Assembly: GCA_016840485.1 (NCBI GenBank)
Contig: JAEOSG010000007.1
Location: 885 to 32,884, forward strand
DNA from: Candidatus Baldrarchaeota archaeon
GTDB lineage: Archaea > Asgardarchaeota > Baldrarchaeia > Baldrarchaeales > DXJG01
Reading direction: 5' to 3'
Length of the DNA stretch: 32,000 bases
Shown here: positions 20,145-28,644 of the stretch, in pieces
Layout of the letters: each line of letters starts with the position of its first letter
Position numbering within the stretch: position 1 is the first letter of the stretch
Program-made: the position numbers and the translations under genes
Notes under the pieces: generated by a model
Told to the model about the DNA's origin: nothing
Databases searched by the model: none
Seen by the model: only the letters and a program-made list of their open reading frames with translations

Positions 20145-20154
20145 GGGAGAAATA

Positions 20155-20652
20155 ATGATTAGTGTATGGGAAAAGCTAGTGTCCTTTGTAAGTCAGTTAT
20201 TAGAGCCTTACAAGTACCCTCCAAACTCCGCTATTTTCATATTTATACTTTCCGCTGCGTTGTCGGTTTTAATTTCGACACTAAACAGAATGATCCTTGA
20301 CATAGAGAAATTAAGAAGATATGAAGAAAAGATACGAAAGTGGCAACAAATGTACTTTAAAGCGAAAAGAACAGGAGACAAAAAACTACTTTTAAAAGCT
20401 GAAAGACAAAGCAAATACATACAAAGACTTCAATCAGAGGTTGCATCGGAAAGATTCAAACCCATGCTAATATATCTTGTCCCATTTATGCTACTGTTTT
20501 GGATACTTAATAGCATATACAAAAAATCAATTGTTGTCTTTCTACCGATTGCATTACCGTGGCTTGGAGACCAACTCACTTTCTTTTGGTGGTACCTCCT
20601 CTGCAACTTTGCCATCGGAGGACCGATCCAAAAATTATTTAAAATAACCTAA
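20155..20652 (+). CDS. DUF106 / EMC3-TMCO1-like membrane protein (archaeal Oxa1-superfamily insertase candidate)
   Basis: 165 aa. The layout is TM1, then a basic coiled-coil (EKLRRYEEKIRKWQQMYFKAKRTGDKKLLLKAERQSKYIQRLQSE), then two more TMs. The position next to secY is typical of this family. Confidence 0.7.
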   Translation: MISVWEKLVSFVSQLLEPYKYPPNSAIFIFILSAALSVLISTLNRMILDIEKLRRYEEKIRKWQQMYFKAKRTGDKKLLLKAERQSKYIQRLQSEVASERFKPMLIYLVPFMLLFWILNSIYKKSIVVFLPIALPWLGDQLTFFWWYLLCNFAIGGPIQKLFKIT

Positions 20653-20716
20653 AGCTATTATCAAAAACTTAATAACTCATTACCATTGCTACTATGTATC
20701 CACGGGGGGTACAAAA

Positions 20717-20989
20717 ATGCCAGAACCACGCTACAGATCAAGGTCTATAAGAAGAAGATATCTACGCACACCTGGAGGAAGAGTAACTATCCACTACTGG
20801 AGGAAAAAACCTGACGTAGCGAAATGCGCACTATGCGGTCAACCCCTTAGAGGAGTACCCAGATTAAGACCAGCAGAGTTCAGAAAACTCACAAAAAGTC
20901 AGAGAAGACCTGAAAGACCCTTCGGTGGATATCTGTGCCACAAATGTTTAGCGTTAGAAATTAAAAAGGCCGTTAGAGGTATAGCATAG
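20717..20989 (+). CDS. rpl34e: Ribosomal protein eL34
   Basis: 90 aa. YRSRS.RR.Y.RTPGGR......RKKP..AKCA.CG.PL.GVP.LRP.E...L.K..RRPERP.GG.LC..C. Confidence 0.9.
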   Translation: MPEPRYRSRSIRRRYLRTPGGRVTIHYWRKKPDVAKCALCGQPLRGVPRLRPAEFRKLTKSQRRPERPFGGYLCHKCLALEIKKAVRGIA

Positions 20990-20991
20990 CG

Positions 20992-21543
20992 ATGAACCTT
21001 ATAATAGCCATTAGCGGACCTGCAGGAAGCGGAAAAACAACTTATGCTAAAAAATTAGCAGAAGAGTTAGGACTACGCTATATCTCGGCGGGGCAACTAT
21101 TTAGAAGGATGGCAAATGAAAAAGGCATGTCTTTAGTAGAATTCAGCCGAATAGCAGAAAAAAACTACGAAATAGATAAAGAAATAGATAAAAGAACCCT
21201 GGAAGAAGCAAAAAGAGGTAATGTGATACTAGACGGAAGACTAACAGCGTGGGTAACAAAAGACATCGCAGATCTAAAGATACTTCTTACAGCTCCTCTA
21301 GAAGTGAGAGTAAAACGGATAGCAAATAGAGATAAAAAAGATTATAACGAAGTCTTTAAAGAAACTGTTGAACGAGAGCGAAGCGAACTGAAAAGATATA
21401 AAGAAATCTACGGTGCAAATCCCTATGAGCTTTCACTATATGACGTCGTATTGAATACAAGTAAATTTACCATAGATGCAGCGGTAAGAATTTTAAAGAA
21501 AATAGTTGAGGAATATGTTGCCTCCCGCACCTCAACAGGATGA
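20992..21543 (+). CDS. cmk: Archaeal-type cytidylate (CMP) kinase
   Basis: 183 aa. P-loop ISGPAGSGKTT. ...YISAGQLFRRMA.EKGMSL.EFS..AE...EIDKEID.R..E.A..GNVILDGRL..W...D.ADLKI.L.APLEVR..RIA.R. Confidence 0.8.
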   Translation: MNLIIAISGPAGSGKTTYAKKLAEELGLRYISAGQLFRRMANEKGMSLVEFSRIAEKNYEIDKEIDKRTLEEAKRGNVILDGRLTAWVTKDIADLKILLTAPLEVRVKRIANRDKKDYNEVFKETVERERSELKRYKEIYGANPYELSLYDVVLNTSKFTIDAAVRILKKIVEEYVASRTSTG

Positions 21544-21594
21544 ATCTAGCTGGGGCGACCTACTAGATGACTGAGAGTGTAGGAGGTGAAATAG

Positions 21595-21885
21595 TTGAGC
21601 GCAATAGAAGTAGGAAGAATATGCATTAAAACAAGTGGAAGAGAAGCAGGAAGAAAATGCGTGATTGTTGAAATAATAGATAAAAATTTTGTTTTAGTAA
21701 CTGGACCAAAAGATGTAACTGGTGTTAGAAGAAGAAGATGCAACATCAAACATCTTGAACCAACACCAGACAAAATAGAAATAAGTAAAGGCGCAAGTGA
21801 CGAGGAAGTTAAAAAAGCCCTTGAGGAAGCAGGTAAACTTGAAGAAATGAGAGAAAAAATTAAAATAGCACCAAAAATCATTTAA
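21595..21885 (+). CDS. rpl14e: Ribosomal protein eL14
   Basis: 96 aa with a TTG start. [53 protein letters not shown]. Confidence 0.9.
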   Translation: MSAIEVGRICIKTSGREAGRKCVIVEIIDKNFVLVTGPKDVTGVRRRRCNIKHLEPTPDKIEISKGASDEEVKKALEEAGKLEEMREKIKIAPKII

Positions 21886-21906
21886 ATTTCTATTTTCTTT
21901 AATATC

Positions 21907-22959
21907 TTGAGAATAGACATGTTTCTGCAACATAAGGTGAATTGTTTGAGTAAAAGAAAACTGCCATCGGACGTTGAAAGAGAAATTTTGATAAAAAATG
22001 AAGTAGAGACAAGCCCAGATTATGGATGTCCACCTACTGAGAGACCTATTGAGGAGCATATAAGAAAGGGAATTATAAATTTAGATAAACCAGCCGGCCC
22101 AACTAGTCATGAAGTTATCTCATGGGTCAAAAAAATTTTAAATTTAAGAAAAGCTGGGCACGGAGGGACATTAGACCCAAAGGTAACAGGTATACTTCCG
22201 GTAGCATTGGAGGATGCCACAAAGATTATTCAATCGCTTCTCCCAGCAGGAAAGGAATATGTAACAGTCATTCAGCTTCATGGAGACGTATCAAAGGAAA
22301 AAATTAAAAAAGTTATTAAAGAGTTTGAAGGTCCCATATATCAGCGCCCTCCAGTACGTTCATCGGTAAAAAGACGATTAAGAATAAGAAACGTCTATTA
22401 CATAGATATTCTCGAAATAGAAGGTCGTAATATTCTTTTAAGAATCGGATGCCAAGCTGGAACCTACATTAGAAAAATAGCTCATGATATCGGGGAGGCC
22501 TTGGGTGTTGGGGCTCACATGAGAGAACTTAGAAGAACGCGAACAGGACCTTTCAAAGAAGATGCAACATTAGTAACCCTGCACGACGTGATTGACGCCT
22601 ACCACTTCTGGAAAGAAGACGGTGATGAAACTTTCCTAAGAAAAGTCATACAACCCATGGAAAAGGGCTTAGAACATCTACCACACATATGGATTAGAGA
22701 TTCAGCTGTAGATGCGATATGCCATGGAGCAAATTTGGCGGCTCCTGGTATTGTTAAACTTCACGACGGCATAAAACCTGGGGATCTAGTTGCAATTTTT
22801 ACCTTAAAAAATGAAGCTGTAGCCCTCGGGAAAGCCCTAGTCTCATCAAAAGAAATGTTAGAGAAAAACCATGGAATTGTTGTCGACACTGAGAGAGTAT
22901 TAATGGAGAGAGGTACATATCCCTCTTGGCACGAATTTAAGAAAGAACAAAAATCCTAA
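21907..22959 (+). CDS. cbf5: Cbf5 / H/ACA RNP pseudouridine synthase (TruB family with PUA domain); the coding sequence is uninterrupted
   Basis: INLDKPAGPTSHEV..WVKKILNL.KAGHGGTLDPKVTGILPVALE.ATK......AGKEYV....LHGDV...I..V..EFEG.IYQRPP.RS.VKR.LR.R.VY...ILEIEGR..L......AGTYIRK. The start is uncertain: TTG 21907, ATG 21919 or GTG 21937. Confidence 0.9.
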   Translation: MRIDMFLQHKVNCLSKRKLPSDVEREILIKNEVETSPDYGCPPTERPIEEHIRKGIINLDKPAGPTSHEVISWVKKILNLRKAGHGGTLDPKVTGILPVALEDATKIIQSLLPAGKEYVTVIQLHGDVSKEKIKKVIKEFEGPIYQRPPVRSSVKRRLRIRNVYYIDILEIEGRNILLRIGCQAGTYIRKIAHDIGEALGVGAHMRELRRTRTGPFKEDATLVTLHDVIDAYHFWKEDGDETFLRKVIQPMEKGLEHLPHIWIRDSAVDAICHGANLAAPGIVKLHDGIKPGDLVAIFTLKNEAVALGKALVSSKEMLEKNHGIVVDTERVLMERGTYPSWHEFKKEQKS

Positions 22960-23004
22960 TAATCAAAATTTACTAAAATATCAAAATAAACGGAAGAATA
23001 CAAT

Positions 23005-23613
23005 ATGCCCGACCACTATTTCTCAAAAACTCCCGTAACCCCACTAAAAATTTACAAGATAAGGACTGTTCTAAGAGGAATGTACTTCGAATTTTTAACA
23101 GCTCCAGGAGTGTTTTCATACAAAAAAGTTGACAAAGGTACACGTATTCTGATAGAATCCATGGTGCTTCCCGAAGAAGGATATCTATTGGATTTAGGCT
23201 GTGGCTATGGTATAATAGGCATAGTCGCAGCGAAAATCAACCCAAAGTTAAAAGTATTTATGACAGATATTAATGAGAGAGCAGTCTGGTTAGCAAGGAA
23301 AAACGCTGAACTAAACCAAGTAAAAAACATAAAAGTATTACAAGGAGACTTGTATAAGCCAGTAATCAACCAAAAATTTGACGCCATAATAACCAATCCC
23401 CCTATTCACGCCGGACTAAAAACAGTTTTTGAAATAATAGAAAAATCACCCAACCACCTTAATCAAAACGGAACCCTACAGATAGTAGCTAAAACTAAGC
23501 TAGGAGCAAAAAGAATAGCTGAAAAAATGTTACAAACATATAAGAACGTCAAAGAAATATCCAAAAAATCAGGATACCGCGTCTTATTATCCAGAAGAAT
23601 TTATAAGGAATAA
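23005..23613 (+). CDS. Class I SAM-dependent methyltransferase, RsmC/MJ0882-like (small-domain N-methyltransferase)
   Basis: 202 aa. Motif I is LLDLGCGYGIIGI. The catalytic motif is TNPPIH. An N-terminal F.T.PGVFS segment is typical of the RsmC/RsmD-like family. Confidence 0.7.
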   Translation: MPDHYFSKTPVTPLKIYKIRTVLRGMYFEFLTAPGVFSYKKVDKGTRILIESMVLPEEGYLLDLGCGYGIIGIVAAKINPKLKVFMTDINERAVWLARKNAELNQVKNIKVLQGDLYKPVINQKFDAIITNPPIHAGLKTVFEIIEKSPNHLNQNGTLQIVAKTKLGAKRIAEKMLQTYKNVKEISKKSGYRVLLSRRIYKE

Positions 23614-23752
23614 GTATTTAACCAAAATTCCGTTATCTATTTTAAATTAATGGTATAATTAGATTGTGCATTGCCTTTAAATACGCAAATAATGTTATAA
23701 TACCCAGAAACTTTAAACAGAGATAATTGTAGGTGCCGGGGTAGCCAAGTGG

Positions 23753-23771
23753 ACTACAGGCTTTATGCCGG
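23753..23771 (+). other. Non-canonical tRNA intron in the D-loop of tRNA-Ser; boundaries ambiguous
   Basis: Removing ACTACAGGCTTTATGCCGG yields the widespread Ser D-arm AGTGGTTA; because of flanking GG repeats the register may shift by 1-2 nt. An alternative 18-nt intron at 23758-23775 is supported by a partial BHB:
- Helix G23752.U73, A53-U72, C54-G71, U55.G70.
- Bulge A56 C57 A58.
- Inner helix G59-C69, G60-C68, C61-G67. Confidence 0.45.
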
Positions 23772-23790
23772 TTAGGGCGCGGGCCTGGAG

Positions 23791-23810
23791 TTTCAAGTAA
23801 GCCACGAGAT
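23791..23810 (+). other. Canonical-position (37/38) tRNA intron of tRNA-Ser(GGA), 20 nt
   Basis: The mature loop is CUGGAG|A. The expected bulges, A89 G90|U91 and A09 U10|A11, flank a 4-position central helix: C23785-G23808, U86-A07, G87xG06 (mismatch), G88-C05. The BHB is therefore imperfect. Confidence 0.6.
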
Positions 23811-24044
23811 AGCCCGTGGCCCTTACGGGCCGCGTGGGTTCGAATCCCACCCCCGGCGCCATAATAATTTAAAAGATTAATGCCTTTTGTCCACCTCTCA
23901 AATTAGTCGAGATGTTTATATCGTTTTTGGGACTTTAGAAATAGGTTACTTTGAACATTTGCTTAACTTAAGATTCAAAAAGGAATGCGGTTGTTTTCGG
24001 CTAGTTTATAATGAAACAGAGAGTTTGGTTAAAGAGGGGATGGA

Positions 24045-24553
24045 ATGCGAAAGGTGTTTTCAGCAGTATTCCTAATGTGCATGGTTGCACTTTTGTTCCC
24101 GCTACCAGCTTCAACGCATATAACTACGCATATACCCGTGTCAGGCGTCTTTGACTATACCTTTACTATCATATATGATAGAGTTATCGGTGACAAAATA
24201 CTCATATTCGCAACGGAAGATGAACTCTGGCAAGGAAGCTTTTCTGGAACCGCAGAAGCTGTTTTCATAGTGATTATATTTCCCCAGATCTTTGGAAGGT
24301 ATAGCTTCGAACCACCTTTACCGGTACGGTGGATGGCAAATGTGGTACTATGGTTATTCACTTAATTGGTGAGAGAACATATTGGGACGAGGACACCTTT
24401 TGGTGGTATGGTCACTGGAGGATCATAAGCGGTACAGGCGAATTGAGGAACATTCACGGGCAAGGAACTTGGTGGGGACCAGGATACGAAGGACCAGATG
24501 TACCAGGCGACAGACCCGATATCTACTATGAGGGAGAGATATACTTCAACTAG
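24045..24553 (+). pseudogene. Secreted hypothetical beta-rich protein gene disrupted by a single -1 frame change (pseudogene or sequencing error)
   Basis: ORF 24045..24365 (signal peptide MRKVFSAVFLMCMVALLFPLPAS..., then ...WQGSFSGTAEAVF...GRYSFE) and ORF 24329..24553 overlap in different frames. The second frame is already open from 24305 and reads LRTTFTGTVDGKCGTMVIHLIGE...ISGTGELRNIHGQGTWWG. That continues the first ORF as one ~170-aa protein if 1 nt is restored near 24305-24315. Confidence 0.6.
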
Positions 24554-24588
24554 TAGGGAACAACCTGGATCAACCATGCAAGATCATA

Positions 24589-24632
24589 AGTCTGGTTTTA
24601 CTTGACAACCAGACTAAGACTCTTTTATTTTT
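24589..24632 (+). terminator. Hairpin plus oligo-T tract downstream of the secreted-protein gene
   Basis: A perfect 9-bp stem, AGTCTGGTT (24589-97) / AACCAGACT (24607-15), encloses a 9-nt loop. TTTT (24623-26) and TTTTT (24628-32) follow. Archaeal terminators are mainly T-tracts. Confidence 0.45.
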
Positions 24633-24895
24633 GTAGGTCTGTTACGGGGATTTAGGAAGCGTAGTACATCAAAAAGCGGCTTAAAGTTTCATTATTTTTG
24701 TTGAAATTTTACTGTTTATTTCTTTGTTTTTTACTAAAAATAGATTGATTGTAATATGTGGACGAAGAAATTTAGATTTATGTTTGGTTATATCATTTGC
24801 AAAAAGTGAAATTCTAAACTGAATTTTTTACTATCTTTTAACATTGCATATTAACATTGGAAGGGTGTTCTCTAAGCTGTAAGTTAATGGGAAAA

Positions 24896-24903
24896 TTTAA
24901 ATA
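24896..24903 (+). promoter_or_regulatory. Candidate TATA box (TTTAAATA) for the uS13...uS9 operon
   Basis: It is preceded by GAAAA and lies ~45-50 nt before the GTG start at 24948. A GGAGGTG Shine-Dalgarno sits at 24935-41. Motif spotting only. Confidence 0.3.
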
Positions 24904-24947
24904 GTACTGAACTTTTCAAAATGGTTAGCCTTTTGGAGGTGTAATTA

Positions 24948-25403
24948 GTGGTATCAAGGGAATATCGTCATGCAGTAAGGGTTGCAGGCGTAGACCTAAA
25001 AGGCACCATGAGCTTACTCTACGGACTTACAGGAATAAAGGGAATTGGATTTAGGTTAGCTAAAGCTATCATCCAAGTTACTGGTTTAGATCCTAATATG
25101 AAAGTTGGTTTCCTTACCGATAAAGATGTTAAAAAAATTGAGGAAGTACTTTCCAATCCAATTGAATATGGTATTCCTTCGTGGATGTTAAATCGCCGTA
25201 AAGATTATGCAACTGGTCAAGATATTCACTTAACTGGTTCAGATTTAGTATTAACCATTAAAAGCGATATTGATCGTATGAAAAAAATTAAAAGTTGGAA
25301 AGGTATTAGGCATGCGCTTGGGCTCAAAGTTCGCGGTCAACGCACCAGAACCACTGGTAGAGGCGGAAGAACGATTGGAGTAACTAAGAAGAAAAAGAAG
25401 TAG
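24948..25403 (+). CDS. rps13: Ribosomal protein uS13
   Basis: 151 aa with a GTG start. RVAGVDL.G......L.GIKGIG.R.A.AI....GLDP....G.L.D.....IE..L... and a C-terminal basic tail. Confidence 0.95.
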   Translation: MVSREYRHAVRVAGVDLKGTMSLLYGLTGIKGIGFRLAKAIIQVTGLDPNMKVGFLTDKDVKKIEEVLSNPIEYGIPSWMLNRRKDYATGQDIHLTGSDLVLTIKSDIDRMKKIKSWKGIRHALGLKVRGQRTRTTGRGGRTIGVTKKKKK

Positions 25404-25417
25404 TGGGAGGCTAAAAT

Positions 25418-25975
25418 ATGGGGGATCCGAAAAAACAAAGAAAGAAGTATATTCCTCCAAGACATCCATGGCAAAAAGAACGTTTAGAGAGGGAAATAGT
25501 AGTAGTTGGTAAATACGGTTTAAGAAATAAAAGAGAATTATGGATACATCAAACACAATTAAGAAAATATAGGCATAGGGCACGTGAAATACTTGCATTA
25601 CCACCAGATATTAGAGAAAAACACGAGAAAGAATTGATTAATAAACTTTATAAAATGGGGATTCTTCATGAAGATGCAACCCTTGACGATGTTCTAAGTT
25701 TAACCGTCGAAGATATATTAGAAAGAAGACTACAAACAATTGTTTATAGGAAAGGACTGGCAAAGAGTATTTATCATGCTCGACAACTCATCACTCACGG
25801 ACATATTGCCATAAATGGTCGAAGAGTAACCGTTCCATCCTATATGGTTAGTAGAGATGAGGAAGATCTGATTACGTATTTCCCTACATCACCGTATAAT
25901 GATCCTAAACACCCAGAAAGACCTCAAGCCACACCGGAAACACCATCTGTAGAGGAGGCTGCTCAAAGTGAGTAA
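25418..25975 (+). CDS. rps4: Ribosomal protein uS4
   Basis: 185 aa. [20 protein letters not shown]....[12 protein letters not shown]........KYR..AR..LA... and the S4 domain [39 protein letters not shown]. Confidence 0.95.
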   Translation: MGDPKKQRKKYIPPRHPWQKERLEREIVVVGKYGLRNKRELWIHQTQLRKYRHRAREILALPPDIREKHEKELINKLYKMGILHEDATLDDVLSLTVEDILERRLQTIVYRKGLAKSIYHARQLITHGHIAINGRRVTVPSYMVSRDEEDLITYFPTSPYNDPKHPERPQATPETPSVEEAAQSE

Positions 25976-26369
25976 AGAAAAAAAGAAAATCAAATGGGGA
26001 GTAGCTCACATATACAGCAGCTACAATAATACAATTGTACATATCACTGATCTAACTGGTGCAGAAACCATCGCTATAGCTAGTGGCGGAATGATAGTCA
26101 AAGCAGATAGAGAAGAGTCTTCACCATATGCAGCCATGCAAGCTGCATTTAGAGTTGCTGAAGCGGCAAAAGAAAAAGGAATAACAGCAATACATATCAA
26201 GGTTAGAGCGCCAGGGGGACACGGACCAAGAAACCCTGGACCAGGAGCACAAGCAGCCATAAGAGCTTTAGCAAGATCAGGATTGAGAATTGGCCGAATA
26301 GAAGATGTAACACCAATACCACATGACGGAACAAGGCGTCCTGGTGGAAGAAGGGGTAGAAGAGTTTAA
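25968..26369 (+). CDS. rps11: Ribosomal protein uS11
   Basis: 133 aa with a GTG start. [67 protein letters not shown]...[33 protein letters not shown]. Confidence 0.95.
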   Translation: MSKEKKKIKWGVAHIYSSYNNTIVHITDLTGAETIAIASGGMIVKADREESSPYAAMQAAFRVAEAAKEKGITAIHIKVRAPGGHGPRNPGPGAQAAIRALARSGLRIGRIEDVTPIPHDGTRRPGGRRGRRV

Positions 26370-26401
26370 GGACGTAGTTTTATTCTCTTGGAGGAGACAG
26401 C

Positions 26402-27223
26402 ATGAATATTAGAATTTTGGAAAAGGATGAAAACTCAATAAAATTTATTCTTGAAGATGTAGATGTAGCATTTGCAAATAGTTTAAGGCGTATAATATTA
26501 GCCGAAGTACCAACCATGGCCATAGATGATGTTATAATAATAGAAAATAGTTCACCTCTATTTGACGAAATAATTGCCCATAGACTTGGTTTAATTCCAC
26601 TTAAAACAGATCTAGATACATATGTTCTACCTGAAAAATGCCAATGTGGAGGCGAAGGTTGCGCAAACTGCCAAGTAGCTTTAACCTTAGAAGTTGAAGC
26701 AACCGATGGTCCTATGACCGTGTATTCCGGTCATTTAAAATCTCAAGATCCTAAAATTGTTCCAGTAAGTGAAAAAATTCCTATAGTTAAGTTAGCTAAA
26801 GGACAAAAACTTGTATTGGAAGCATATGCCAGATTAGGACGCGGTAAAGAGCATGCAAAATGGCAACCTGTATCCGTTGCAGCGTACAAATATTTACCAA
26901 TCATAAATCTTGATTACGAAAAATGCGATCAATGTGGGGCTTGCGTTGAAGCTTGTCCAAGAGAAATTCTCGAATTAAAAAATGGTGAACTTGTAATAGG
27001 AGACGTATTTAACTGCAACTTATGTAAATCATGCGAGGAAGCTTGTGACCTAGAAGCTATTAAAATATCATTCGATGATAAAACTTTCATATTTACTGTC
27101 GAAGGTACAGGCGTATTACCACCGGAAAGAATTTTAGAAGAAGCAGTAAAAATTCTTGTCGAAAAAGCTGAACAGCTGATTGAAGAAATGGAAAAAGTTA
27201 AAGAGATGCGAGGTGCTTCCTAA
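26402..27223 (+). CDS. rpoD: DNA-directed RNA polymerase subunit D (Rpo3), with an Rpb3-like Cys loop and a ferredoxin-like domain carrying two 4-Cys motifs
   Basis: 273 aa. [38 protein letters not shown]. The Cys features are [23 protein letters not shown] and [11 protein letters not shown]. Confidence 0.9.
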   Translation: MNIRILEKDENSIKFILEDVDVAFANSLRRIILAEVPTMAIDDVIIIENSSPLFDEIIAHRLGLIPLKTDLDTYVLPEKCQCGGEGCANCQVALTLEVEATDGPMTVYSGHLKSQDPKIVPVSEKIPIVKLAKGQKLVLEAYARLGRGKEHAKWQPVSVAAYKYLPIINLDYEKCDQCGACVEACPREILELKNGELVIGDVFNCNLCKSCEEACDLEAIKISFDDKTFIFTVEGTGVLPPERILEEAVKILVEKAEQLIEEMEKVKEMRGAS

Positions 27224-27588
27224 TGGTTCACCGCACTGGCCCAACAGATATAAACGTGAGAAAGCTAATAAGAAAATTAAGAAAACAATCTAGAATAGAG
27301 CAAGTTAACATATGGCGCGATATTTCTGAACGTCTGCTAGGTCCCAGAAGACAAAGAGCAGAAGTTAATGTTTCAAAAATAAATCGCTACACTAAGGATG
27401 GAGACACTGTATTGGTTCCTGGGAAGGTTCTAGGAGCTGGAAGTATAAACCACAAAGTTTATGTTGCTGCTTTATCTTTTTCCGAAAATGCTAGAAGAAA
27501 AATAGAAGCTGCTGGAGGAAAATGTTTAACAATAGAAGAACTTATGCAAATGAATCCCAGAGGATCAAATATAATAATCATGGAATGA
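27223..27588 (+). CDS. rpl18e: Ribosomal protein eL18 (L18e)
   Basis: 121 aa; TAATG overlap with rpoD. TGPTD.N.RKLIR.L.K.S......IW..I...[29 protein letters not shown]. Confidence 0.9.
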   Translation: MVHRTGPTDINVRKLIRKLRKQSRIEQVNIWRDISERLLGPRRQRAEVNVSKINRYTKDGDTVLVPGKVLGAGSINHKVYVAALSFSENARRKIEAAGGKCLTIEELMQMNPRGSNIIIME

Positions 27589-27598
27589 GGTAATAAAG

Positions 27599-28066
27599 AT
27601 GGCATCCGAGGAAATCACTGTAATTGATGCAAGTAATGCAATTCTCGGAAGACTTGCAAGTGTAGTAGCTAAAAAACTGCTTAATGGGGAAAAAATAGCT
27701 ATTGTAAATGCAGAAAAAGCAATTATTTCAGGTAAATTTGATAGCATAATCGAAAGATATAAGGAATGGTTGAAAATAAGAACCCACACAAACCCGAAAA
27801 GAGGGCCTTTCCACTATAGAAGACCCGACAAACTTGTAAAAAGAATAATTCGAGGAATGTTGCCCTGGAAAAAACCCCGTGGGAAACAAGCCTACAAGCG
27901 ACTTAAAGTTTACATAGGAGTTCCAGATGAATTTAAAGATAAAGAACCCATAAAGATCCCCGAAGCCGATGGTAGCAGACTCAGAGGAAAATATATCACA
28001 ATATTTGAATTATCCCAACAGATAGGTTGGAACCCGCCCAAAAATATAGTTGTGGAGGAGCAATGA
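27599..28066 (+). CDS. rpl13: Ribosomal protein uL13
   Basis: 155 aa. [33 protein letters not shown]...........W.......NP.RGP.H.RRPD....R.IRGMLP. Confidence 0.95.
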   Translation: MASEEITVIDASNAILGRLASVVAKKLLNGEKIAIVNAEKAIISGKFDSIIERYKEWLKIRTHTNPKRGPFHYRRPDKLVKRIIRGMLPWKKPRGKQAYKRLKVYIGVPDEFKDKEPIKIPEADGSRLRGKYITIFELSQQIGWNPPKNIVVEEQ

Positions 28067-28067
28067 A

Positions 28068-28472
28068 ATGGCAAAAATCCTTCTTACGAGCGGAAAAAGA
28101 AAAACAGCAATAGCTAGAGCTGTTATAAGAGACGGAAAAGGAAGAATAAGAATTAACAAAATCCCTATTGAAATATATCAACCAGAATTAGCAAGATGGA
28201 AAATCATGGAACCACTCCTCCTAGCAGATGACGATATCATAAGTAAAATAGATATTGATGTAAAAGTTGAAGGCGGAGGATATATGGGACAAGCAGAAGC
28301 CGCACGAATAGCAATTGCTAGGGCACTAGTAGAATGGACTGAAGACCCAGCTTTAAAAAAGAAATTCATAGAATATGATAGGTCAATGCTTGTAGGAGAT
28401 CCCAGAAGAACAGAACCTAAAAAATTCGGAGGCAGAAGTGCGAGAGCCAGAAGACAAAAATCGTACAGATAA
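28068..28472 (+). CDS. rps9: Ribosomal protein uS9
   Basis: I prefer the ATG at 28068 ([18 protein letters not shown]...), which has GGAGGAG at 28054-60, over the track's TTG at 28050. It ends ...[14 protein letters not shown], the hallmark uS9 C-terminus. Confidence 0.95.
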   Translation: MAKILLTSGKRKTAIARAVIRDGKGRIRINKIPIEIYQPELARWKIMEPLLLADDDIISKIDIDVKVEGGGYMGQAEAARIAIARALVEWTEDPALKKKFIEYDRSMLVGDPRRTEPKKFGGRSARARRQKSYR

Positions 28473-28644
28473 CCATCTTTATTGAAACATTTCCTGTCCA
28501 TTTGTTGCCTTTCTTGATACAAACTCAAAATTAAAGTTTTGTAATGGTTTGTTGAATAATTACTCTTGGAATCCGTATAAGCAGGGAGGTGTCAGATAAA
28601 GCTGATAATCACTCTACCTAAATATCTGAAAGAGGTGTATTTAT

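Larger units (their letters stand above)
23735..23861 (+). tRNA. tRNA-Ser(GGA), class II, with encoded CCA, interrupted by two insertions (D-loop and position 37/38)
   Basis: Hand-folded.
- Acceptor stem GCCGGGG/CCCCGGC, discriminator G, then CCA.
- T-arm GTGGG-TTCGAAT-CCCAC.
- Long variable arm GGCCC-TTAC-GGGCC.
- Anticodon stem CGGGC (23780-84) / GCCCG (23812-16), enclosing 27 nt.
- Every 20-nt deletion that leaves a U33-containing 7-nt loop gives anticodon GGA, except one that gives AGA, which is also Ser.
- The D-arm becomes GCCAAGTGGTTAGGGC only after ~19 nt are removed.
The gene is 127 nt against about 88 nt expected for the mature tRNA plus CCA. Confidence 0.85.

Noticed and set aside
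23887-24075. 62-aa ORF (TTG start) immediately after the tRNA.
   Set aside because: It has no recognisable motifs and no Shine-Dalgarno. It overlaps the start and signal peptide of the better-supported 24045 gene. It is probably spurious.
24296-24332. Programmed -1 ribosomal frameshift, or a BHB intron, as the explanation for the two-frame secreted-protein gene. Hairpins AAGGT/ACCTT and CCACC..TACCGGTA..GGTGG are present.
   Set aside because: There is no X-XXY-YYZ slippery heptamer in the zero frame after the -1-frame stop at 24302-04. I could not build a 3-nt bulge / 4-bp helix / 3-nt bulge geometry. A simple indel or sequencing error is more parsimonious.
23862-24947. An integrated element using tRNA-Ser as its attachment site.
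   Set aside because: I found no direct repeat of the tRNA 3' end (GGTTCGAATCCCACCCCCGGCGCCA) downstream. There is no integrase or other mobile-element gene, and the region holds only one small broken gene.
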